A stretch of DNA of 64,000 bases. It comes from Vermamoeba vermiformis (Eukaryota). The first letter of the stretch is position 1. Every line of letters starts with the position of its first letter. The stretch covers positions 1 through 64,000 of the forward strand of contig JBEWZL010000266.1 of the NCBI GenBank assembly GCA_045837725.1, written 5' to 3'. The notes beneath the pieces are model-generated. The model was not told the origin of the DNA and did not search any database. It saw only the letters and a program-made list of their open reading frames with translations. Made by a program: the position numbers and the translations under genes. This document shows positions 53,598 to 64,000 of this stretch, in pieces.

Positions 53598-53857
53598 AAT
53601 CAAAGTAAGATCTGTTTTAGATCGTTCAAAACAATGTTAATAAATTCAATTCTTTGCCTTTAATACTCTTGTATACGCTATTACCAAATCATCGATTGTA
53701 TTATGATGAATATTCTGACTTTAAGAAGTTTCAAATTATCAGTTTTATTTGTTGGGACCAAAAGTGAGTTCAAAATCGTTCTAATACCAAATTCAAGCTT
53801 CTACGGCACTATATACATCATATTTATACTAGTATACGCGCAATATAAGAGACCGGA

Positions 53858-54439
53858 ATGGCGGACAAAAAAGTTAAAACTGCGATCGAAGGCATGCCTG
53901 TGTTGTGGAGAACAGTGTGGACGTCTTTAAGTAAAAAATGCTTCGTTAATATAGACACCTATGATTATCTATCAATTAATGGACAAAGCCCTAAGAACGA
54001 CTTTAAAATTAAGAATTTTTGGAGGATGAGCACTGGTGCAGCTGATAAAAAAGGATGGGACTGGTGGGGCGATACTGACGTGAGTGTTACTGAAATTATA
54101 GGCCCTAAAACATTCGAAGAGGTAATTATTACTGAATAATCTAAATAATAAAGTGAAATTTTATATTAATTAAATTATTTTTTACTCCAGGCTTGCGAAG
54201 CAGTAATTATTTGTGATGACGTGTCGATGAGCAGCGATAATGCAGCCGGCGATGCTACATTTACTAGCTGGAAACAATTTTGGGACAGTGCGTTGCGAGA
54301 TTTGGAAAACGATCTGCCTAATTGGCCTGGCGCGCCATTAAGAGCTGTTTGGATCCGAGGATTTGACGGCAATTTCTCGAGTATTCTAGCTCAAAAGGAT
54401 GATAAGACTTACTACCTAGTTACTTTGGGTACTTCTTAA
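53858..54439 (+). CDS. Hypothetical Trp-rich protein, one intron
   Basis: Two ORFs joined in frame by intron ~54122-54191. Confidence 0.65.
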
Positions 54440-54628
54440 TTGGTCGTAACCGTAAGGTTTGGCAAGCCCGGACCCCGTTTTTGCGCAACCAAATCTGCTT
54501 AGGAAGGATCGCTTTGGTCCTTAATTGTCAATAAATAATTATCATTGACATTCTGAGATTTATCTGCGATTTTATTGCTTTGTTTTTACGATGGTGTCAC
54601 GAGCTGTACCATTCGATGGCAATGACTC

Positions 54629-55105
54629 ATGTATTATAGCTCAAAAAGCTTCAACGAGAGTTTGGCAAATTCAGCATTCTTTCAACAATTAACATGGCTT
54701 TCCAGTTGTTCCTTGGATGACAATGCAATTGTTACTCCATTGACAGATCTTACTTTTTTAAACATAGGTATTAACGACGTCACGTTCAATGGTCATTTTA
54801 TTAATTACCATTTAATTGTAGTTGTTTCAACAGAGCAATTGCCTTATTTGGCAAGATTAACTTCACTGCGAGAATTGATTCTTGCGTTAGGGCCAGATCC
54901 AGTTGACAACCTTGATGAACTGACTACTCTTACTAATCTGCATCATCTGGACTTTTACAACGCTGACAGTAAACATTTTGGTCGTGATGGAAGATTATCT
55001 ACAATTACTCAAAGCAGATGACCAACTTATGGACAATTCGAATGTCAAATACGTACAACCCCAAAGACAGTCTTCCGTACAGTTGGCAGAGAATAATACC
55101 TTGGA
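54629..55105 (+). pseudogene. LRR gene fragment
   Basis: LARLTSLREL and LTNLHHLDF repeats; no convincing start or F-box; apparent frame break near 54985. Confidence 0.45.
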
Positions 55106-55218
55106 AGTCCATTTAACGCGTTAGTAAAATAACATTAAACAATAACGAGCCTAGCGTATGATATACAATTGTTATTTATCTTATTTACAAATTTTCAGTC
55201 AGGATCGTACAGGTTTTT

Positions 55219-58200
55219 TTAGCTCTTTGTTTTTCGCTTTGTTTTAGGCTCGCTATTTCGCTTGTCTTTCTTGCTGTTCTCTTGCTTTAACTTTTCTTTG
55301 ACCGGAGAACCGTTCGGCGTCGCACTCGTCTTTTTCGGTACAGGTTCTGCACTACGCGGCGAAGAACTGCCGTTGGGTGCAGCATTGGCATTGTTGTTGT
55401 TGGCACGAGGCGATGAGACTACGACTATATTCGGCTTGTCCTTAGTCTTTTTGTTGTTCTTGTTGCGTTCACGAACGTTTTTCGGATCCACCGCACGACT
55501 CTTCGGACTTGCAGGGTCACTTCTCGGCGAGGTAGGCTTGTCATTGCTGTTGTTGTTGGTCTCTTCGGCAATGGGCTCCGAGGTGACACGCGGTGACTTG
55601 TCCTTTTTCTTGGCGTGCTTTTCCTTGGCCTTCAACTCCTTCTCAAACGCGGGCAGTCCCTTGCGATAACTGTCGCTGCTCATGTGCTTGACGCGCTTGT
55701 ACTTGATCTTGCTCATGTTGTTGTTGCTGCCATTGGCTGACATTTGCAGCAGTCTGTCCTTGCCTGAACGGTCCTTGGCCTCAGCGCTCAACTGCAAAGG
55801 TGGTACTTTGGCCTTTGTGCTCGACTTGTCGTTGTTTGCTGCCTCAGCGACTGATGTGCCAGCAGGCTTGTTGTTCTTGTTCTTTTCTTTGTTGACTTTA
55901 GACTCGTCAACAACTTTCTTCACCTCGGTCTCAGTGGCTGCACTGGCGTTATTATTTTCCGTGTTCGTCTTGCCTTCAGTCGTGATGTTGGTGTTGTTCA
56001 AGTTGGCAGCACTAGGTCGCTTGCGAGCACTGTCCAACACGTCATCATCGCTGTCATAAGTGTCTTCAGGATCGCTAACAACTTCGCGGAACTGTCGCTC
56101 TTCTTCGCTGCTCGAGCTCTCTTCGTCTTCCTCTTCTTTCATGTCATCAAGCTTCTTGGTAGTACGACGCACTTCAGCGATAATTTCATCGACGGTGTTC
56201 TCTTTCAACTCTTCATCACTCGCTGAACTAATGTCGTAATCTGACTCGCCCAATCGATCTCTATTTGGACTGTCACCGCGCTTCATAGCCTCAGCTGCAA
56301 TGCGGCGAGGTGTTAGATCAGGCATGCTCTTGCTGCTCGGACCTGACTCGCCGACATTGGGGGTACTCTCGGGGCCTGAAGAGTTCTCGCGGTGAAGCAC
56401 TTTCAACTCGCCAGAACGGTCGAACAGCGGCGAAGACAAGCTCGCTGATGAGGCCAAGCGATAGCTTTGCAGTGAATTGTCTTTGTCCAAATTGAGATGC
56501 GCTCTAATGATCTCGCGCTCGTACGTCATGTGGTACTTGATGGCCTGTCGCAAACCACTCTTCCAAGCAATGATGACCTTTGACATGTCCGCGCCTGCTG
56601 CTAGCAAGAACAGACCTTGCAGCAAGTACATGCGTGGATAAGCAAACGGGAACACTTTGCAGAACTCTTCAAGTGCTTTCAGTGAGTTGTTGATGCGACG
56701 AATCAGCTTCTGTTGAGTCAAATGCAAGTCGTTCCAACACTTGGGTTGTAACAATAATCGCAAGTAAATCTCAGGCAGGCCCATGTAGCCAGGGAAGGTG
56801 AAGAACGCGGTGGGCTCGACGTTCTTGCTGCTCAAAATCTGATCTGCCATTCGAGCGAATTCCCAAGCATTGCCCGGCTCACCCTTCTGCAAGCACATCA
56901 AGGCCATGAGTGAGTTGTAGTTCAAACTGGACGAAATGTCACCGCCAGCAACAGCCTTGTCAACAGCGTTTGTGTCGTCTTTGCCGAGGGCCAAACGGAT
57001 CTGATCCAATTTAGCACTGGCCTTGATAATGTTTCCAAGTGTAATGTGACAACATGTTTGAGAACTCAATGCCAAGATCTGACACTGAATGTCACCACGA
57101 AGACGTGCTGAATCTAACGCTGTTTTGCTGAACTGTAAACTACGCTTGATTTGACCCTACAAAGATACGTTAGTTACGAGGACTACATGCAAAACATTTG
57201 AATTGACGTACTTGAAGGTAAAGAGACATTGCCAAGAAGATGTTGCACTCTTCGTATCGTCGACGGTCACCCGTGCGTTGACACGATGCCGCTGCCTCTT
57301 CGAAGCACTTTTCAGTCTTGGACCACGATGCACGACCGCAGTAATAAACACCACTCATTTGGAGCAGATTGCTGACCAGATCCAGTTTCTCTTGGGCCAA
57401 TTTGCTGCCCATTTCCATATATACACTAAAGAATAATTAGCTAAATGATCCCGCAAATAATTCTACACTCGTACCTAGCCAATGAGTGTTGGTTCGTGAG
57501 ACCTGCAGTCAAAATACATTGCGAATAGGCCTCGCATTGTTCGGCCCAGAAGTTTGCCTTTTCAGCGACCACCAAAGCCAACTCGTTGCAATAAGTTGAG
57601 AACGTTCTGTTGCACGAGTAGTAATGTACTTTAGCCAAGGACAGCAAAGACAACACTGTCTCTCGTTGAATCAACGGATGAGCCTTCAAAATGTGCTGGT
57701 AAGTCGTGGCCATGTGACGCGAGTTGGAGCTGACGTCAGAATAGTTCAAGTTCAGGCGAGCCATCTTGAGCGCTCGTTTGAGGTACATGGTGGACTTTGA
57801 GAACAAGCCCATGCTGTAGTAAGCCTGGCCCAGCTTGCGGCGCAAACGGATCGAATTCGCCATCATTTCAGGATCGTCTGTTCGTTCTTTCACGTCCAGT
57901 TTGGCGCCGTTGACCAAGTTGAGAATGGTCTTGCCGGTCTTTGCCAAGTTGCCAGCAAGGAATCCAAATCCACTCGTTGACTCTTGTTTGCCCGTAGAGT
58001 CTCGCTTCTTGGCTCGCTTTTCTAACGTCAAGGCCTCGAGGAAGAAATTGACGGCCTCTCTGTTAGAAAAGATACGCAAGCATTGATCTCCTGCTTGCAC
58101 ATAGTAGTTCTTGGCCTTGTTGGGATTGGCGTCACTCAACTTCCAGTGGTGTGCCAACAGACCAGAGAACGAGCTCAAATTGTCGGCGTGATTCTGTTCG

Positions 58201-61200
58201 TACCACTCGGCAACTTTCTTGTGCAGTTGTCGTCGTTGAGAGAACAACATGAGTTGATAAACTACTTCGTGGACTGTTTGATTCTTGAACGAGAACTCTC
58301 TGTTCTTCGCTGGCTCTTCAGCTGCTGGACCTGCTTGGTTGAATCGCAGTGTTCGTGTCAACGTTCGGCTGAGCGTTCGATATTTTCGGCCGCTAGGTGA
58401 ACGTTCAAGCTCGCGAGGAGTGACGTATTCAGGGATTTCAGGTGTGCTTCGTGTCATTTCCTCGTGTTTGTCCGTCACATCGTTAATGTTCTTTGTGCCA
58501 GGGACCTTCTCCGAGCTAGCACGCGTCACCTTGTTTCTGTTCTTTCGTCTGTTTCTAGCCTTCGCGCTGCCCGAGGACGTCTCCAAGTTGAGTTTCTCTT
58601 TGTCACCGCCACTTGCCTCCAGGTCTCCCTTGGTTCGCTTAGGTCGAGGACTCTGCTTGCCCGATTTTGGCTTCGGTGAAGTACTATTTACAGATGAGCC
58701 ATTCTCGGGACTGCCAGGTTGACTATTATTAGCTTTTTGGGGTGGAGGGCTGGTTGTGATTGGCGGGAGTGTTGAGCTGGGACCTTGTTCGGCTTGAGCC
58801 TTTTCAGCTAAGATTGGGCTCTTGCCAGGACTAAGGGACCGTGGTGAAGCGTTTGAGATGCCAGCTGATGGTCGTCTGAGAGCTATTGAGATGTCTCCTG
58901 ACGGTGTACGAGGAGTGTGACCGCTAATAAGTCCGCTGTCGAGATCGCGTGCTGAGTTGAAGCCGCGCATTGTCAACTTGGTCTTGGGACCGGTAGTTTG
59001 CTCAACTTCTTTGCAAATGAAACCAGCTGTCTCCAAAGCATCGAGATCGTCCTCTAAAGTCGGAACACCTTCAGGATAAAGCTCCGTTAAGAGCACTGCA
59101 TCGAAGTTTTTGCCGATAACTGAAGCAACTTTCAATAAGGCACGTTGCGTGGCAGACAATTTGTCGACTTTGCTCGTGATCAGTTGTCTGATGGTGCTCG
59201 GAAGTACTAGCTCTTTGCCGGGCTTGACTTTGCACTCTCCGTTCTCAATAGTGATAACACCAGAGTCTTTGAGTGATTGCGACAACTCCTCAATGAGGTA
59301 CGGAATACCTTGACCTTTCTCTTGGATCTGAGTCGCGATTTGAGCTGTATCGAATATTAATAAGAATAATCCATGAGCATCATGATGAACTTACGAGGAA
59401 TCTTGTCCACGCCCAAGAACTGCTTGGCAAGAGTGACTGAGTCTTCAGGTGTCAAAGGTGTCAAGTTGATTTGATGAGCGTTCTCGCAGTGAGTAATCTG
59501 TTGGTACTCGAACGGGAAGGGTGGCTTGAGAGGTCGCAAACAAACCACAACGAGGACTCCCTTCAGCTGCTGACTGACGGCCAATGTAAGTGCCCAACTA
59601 GCGGTGTCGAACAAATGTGCGTCGTCCAACACAATGACTGAGCCAGGCATAACGCTCGTTTGCAACAGACGAATCAACAACAGCTGCAAGTTCTCAGCAC
59701 GTGATTGATCGGTCATGGTTGCGGTCAACTCGTTCTCAGGGATCTCCAAAGGCAAGATGGACTTCAACAGCGGTGCCAATTTAGTCCAGCCAGGGACCAT
59801 GTCAGGCAGGGGCAAGTTGGGCGGGATTCGTCGCAACTGCTTGCGAATGTGAGACAGCAACTGACTCGGATCTTCCACAGAACCCAAGTCAAGCACTGCG
59901 TTGAAAATCTCAGCCCAAGAGCCGTACGATTGACCCATTGTAATGCCATCAGTGGTGCCGTAGAATATCTCGGCCTCTTCGTCGATCATAAACTTCATTT
60001 GACCGACGATGCGTGTTTTACCCATGCCTGCCTCTCCTTCCAAAACGAGGACTATTGACTCAAGTTAGAATCTGTGCATAGTCTTATTAACACGGTGATT
60101 AACTTACCGTTGCCAGGTTGATTCTTCGTCTTCAATTGTTTGATTTTATGTTCGACCAATGCGAGTGCTTTAGCGCGACCCAAACAGACTTCCTTTGACT
60201 CTTCTTCTTCCGATCGATTTCGATTGGACAATCGATTCAAGTTTAGCTTTGCAATCGCGAGCACGTGATGTGGGAAGAACACTTTGATTGGTTGCTTCTT
60301 GCCTTTGACACTGACCGGAGTCAATGACTTGAACTCGACGTGTTTGTTCGCAGCCAAGTAAGTCACTTCATCGCAGAGAATTCCACCAAGATCTTTTGCC
60401 TTCACCATCAGGCGGGCACTTAAATTTACAATATCGCCGACCATGGCGTACTCGCGACGTGTCTCACTACCAACTGCACCACAAAAGGCTCGTCCAGTAG
60501 TCACACCAATCGAACACTTGATCCTACAATAGCAATTAGTGACTGTCTCGTGTAATGAAAGGTGAAACTAATAATAGCCAGATTGATCGTCAGATGGCTT
60601 TTAAAATCATGGGAATCATTTGACACGCATGAAATTGTGATAAGATTCATCATAAACCAAATACTGTATCGTTAAAAAGTTTGTCAAAAAACTTACTTGA
60701 GGGTCTCCAAGATCTTCTTAATTTCCATTGCAGCTTCAACAGCGCGCTGAGGGTCGTCTTCGTGACTCATCGGTGGCAAGCCAAATGCAGCAATCAAAAC
60801 TCCACCTTTGTCGTCAATAATGAACTGGCGCACTGTGCCTTCAAACTTGGACAGCACAGCTTGCATGCCGACGACTGCAAACTGCAATGTTTTCGCTGTA
60901 GCAACGTCATCTTGTGCTTCGTATTTTACATCAATATTCACAAAGAGAACTGTCACGGTTCTCAACTCGGCCAAGTACTGTAACGTGTCAGACATATTAA
61001 TATCGATAATAATGATACTTACGTCAACATTGGCCATGCGCACTGATTCTAAGTGAACCAATACGGCCGGAGGCACGTACGATTTGAGCCTCGTTTCAAA
61101 TATAGCAAGTAGCGGGAAGTCTTTCTTTTCGGGTAGACTTGCTGGATTGATAATATTGTCCAGGCGATAGTTCTTGCTGACAAAAGGTCCCTCGCCAACA

Positions 61201-63645
61201 AAGTGCTGCTTCATGTATTTGTAGCACTGTGGTGAAATGAAAATCTCTCCCGGCTTCGCTTGAGCCTCGCACGAGCTCACCTAAGCACGACAATTAGATA
61301 TTTTTCACGTAAAGGTTTCTCGTGTAACTTACTTGATCGATGGGGTCTCCTGCAATCAGAAATTCTAATCGACCTTGAGTACCACCGACGTGCATGCCGG
61401 CGATTTTTCCCGCACCAATTCCAATGTGCAAGTTGAGCTTATAATCACCAATGCCAGTGTCATAATCGCCCATCTTAGTCAACATTTCTACACCGCACTG
61501 ACAGCCCAGTAATGACATCAAGGGCAGAACTTTTTCGTCGCTAATGATTTCCGATTAGAATCTTTGAAGATTTTTTTCGGGATTGATTTTAGAATAGCAC
61601 TTACTCTGTAGGCCAGATAGCCATCAAGGCATCACCAGCAAACTAACGGAAGATATTAGCACGATAATACACGAAAAAAGAATTGAGATTCGGTACCTTG
61701 ACAATGTCACCGCCGTGGTCGTGAATAATATTGATGAGACTACCAAAGTAATTGTTCAATAAGAGCGTCACCTGCATAATAATAATCCATTAGGATACGC
61801 TCGCAAGATATTTACGAATTCGTCCACAAATAGCGTTGCAATATCACGTCACCGAACGAGGTTGACACGAGATTACGTTGGGAAAGTCCCGAAACGCGTA
61901 CCTTTTCGACTCCCTCTGCGTCTAGTGTAGTCAAACTCTCCGCCAAGGGTGTGAAGCCTACAGTGCAATATAATTATTAATTTTATGTCACTAAAGTTCG
62001 CGCGACAGTTTTAGACCTGCGATCTAAAAACGGAATCGTATCTTTGCAATGATTTGATTACAAAAATAACTAATATCTGCGATTCATACGCATATGCAAT
62101 GTAATCGTAGCGAAAAAATAAACTATAGCGAGTGGAATATTAAAGCATACCTGAGATGTCAGCGAACAACACGCAGCTAAGATAGCTCTCGGTTTCAGGT
62201 GCTCTAATAGGTCGATGTGGCTCGTTGATAAATCTTCGAACGACAATTTTGGGCACAAAACTCATCAAGGCTTTGATAAGCGGTGTTTTTTCTCGAGATG
62301 CGATCTCTTGAAATTGGGGATCGTCCACTTTGATCGAGGAGCCAGAACGTGCAATAGCCTTATTATCGAACCAGAACGATCTATATGCAGCATCTTGCTT
62401 AATCTGTAGGTAGATCCGTCAGTATGGGTTAGAAATGAAATTCGTTAGGAAAACGGCTAGTATTTAAAAATTAAATAAATTTCAATATAATTACTTCAGT
62501 TAAATAGTAGAATAATAATACGATGATTAATAATTAAAATATTCTCATTCGCTCGCGATCATACAATTGCAGCGTTTGGATGAACGTCTACGATAACTTC
62601 ATCGACAATCGGTGGTGACGCCTCTGTCTGGGCATGCTTATGTTTATGCTCCTTATTCTTTTTCTTTTTATCTTTTTGTTTTAATTTTTTATCTTTCTTC
62701 TTTTTCTTTTGCTCTTTTGTCGCCTTGTCTGGCATGTTTAAACAAGATCTTCAAAGATATACAAATATATTATATATATTAACGTTCAATACGTTTTCAT
62801 AATTATTTGACGTTGTTTTGTGGTAGTTTTGTTGTTCGCACGCGAATAAATGAAACGCGTGACGGATTTGACAGTTAACAAAAAAAGCAACATTGCAGCA
62901 ATCAATAAACCTCAAACTTAACATGATGGTATACTAGCCGTGTCCATAATAAAAAAAGAATAGTCCGTACCTTGTCAAACTCCCAATCAGCAGGCACATC
63001 CTCCGACGTGTACTCGCCTTCAGAATCCACGCTTGGCACTGAACTGCGTGGGGTTAACTCGAGCCTATTCTCGAAATTAGGTATGCAGAAGTGCGCTACC
63101 AATGCTGCAAATGCTCCTGTCAAAGTGTTGTGTTCCTCGATCACGGATGGGATTTGCCCGCCTTCAAAAATTCTTTTCCAACCAACCGCGTGGCGCGCTG
63201 ATTTCTTCGGTGATTTGTTGACTGCATTGTTTTGTGTTGTGGCGAGGTTGATAGACAGCTTTCTGTAGCGAGGAGAGATGTTTTCACCCGTGCCAGCACG
63301 ACCTTCGTCGGATGGCGTACGTTTGTGCATGAATAACACTGGGTCTTTTTCTCTCGACGCTGAAAATCGTTTCCTTTTGTTCTCCGTATCGGCTGATCGT
63401 GGGGATGAGCCTCGGTCTTTTTGTTTCTTCAAGTCTTCTGGTCGAAGCGAGATGCGCTCCACTTTGGGTTCTTTTTTCTGGTGTACCGCTGATAGATCTG
63501 TTTGCCTTCGCGCTTTTAATTCTTCCGCAGATATCTTCTTAATTGCAGGCACGTCGGATGACCCAGACATGTCCGTTTTAGCTGTTTTATGACCTTTTGG
63601 TTTGGATGCGGAACTGTGGTCACTTTGATCGTTAGATTTCTCCAT
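55219..63645 (-). CDS. Soluble class III nucleotidyl cyclase (ADCY10/Dictyostelium SgcA-type): two cyclase domains, STAND P-loop, TPR-like region, low-complexity tail
   Basis: LFADISGFT, GDIVKFAGDAL, LHIGIGAG; AELRTVTVLF, DDKG..FGLPP.SHEDD, RREYAMVGDIVNLSARLM; GEAGMGKT, VLDDAHLFD..SW, HEVVYQLM..RRQLH. Confidence 0.92.
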
Positions 63646-64000
63646 CAGTTCTGTAAAAATTAATAAATCGTCAATATACACTTCTACGTTATTATATAAT
63701 AGAAGGGAGGTAAAATGGCGCAATTATATATTTGTCCTTCGCTCTTTAAAAAATGCAATTAATTAATTATCGCGACAAGCGAACCGATTGGCATTAGGGC
63801 ATCAAAAAATACTTACGTAGTCACTATTATATCATGTTAAATTATTATTGTATGTTTCTTCATGATCCGTCGTACAAAGCTCCGTTGCTGATCTGCCGGT
63901 GAAATTAATCCTTGTGGATCGGGTTAGAATTAATTCGCCTCGATTGCAGACCTAAGAATAATAATAATATCAATGTGCGTCTGTCTGTGTCGCGTAAAAT

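Noticed and set aside
4031..63645. Alternative genetic code or programmed frameshifting to explain broken ORFs
   Set aside because: The breaks examined are resolved by canonical short GT-AG introns, apart from the putative LRR pseudogene, and TAA, TAG and TGA all serve as terminal stops

Overview
Gene-dense eukaryotic genomic DNA with short GT-AG introns and an apparently standard genetic code. Gene content (sedolisin/physarolisin-like protease, SgcA/ADCY10-type soluble cyclase, F-box expansion) suggests a free-living amoeboid protist, probably an amoebozoan; this is an inference. Bases 1-~3950 are a non-coding, repeat-built block: palindrome arrays, G-rich repeats, a recurring ~50-bp motif next to hairpin-rich segments, a B-box and hAT-like ends. 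About 27 intron-containing genes or gene fragments follow, including a kexin/furin-like protease, an SLC22-like MFS transporter, PEX1, five F-box genes, a PX-PH-RhoGAP, a LIM protein, an S53 peptidase, an acid phosphatase, an SLC52-like transporter, a GH19-LysM enzyme, MED7, a PA-like 7TM protein, a GNAT and a soluble class III cyclase. Gene models were spliced by eye, so boundaries are approximate. The most notable signals are the structured repeat block with CpG erosion extending into the adjacent gene, intronised bacterial/phage-type genes, a probable pseudo-RhoGAP, and alternative first exons of the cyclase.
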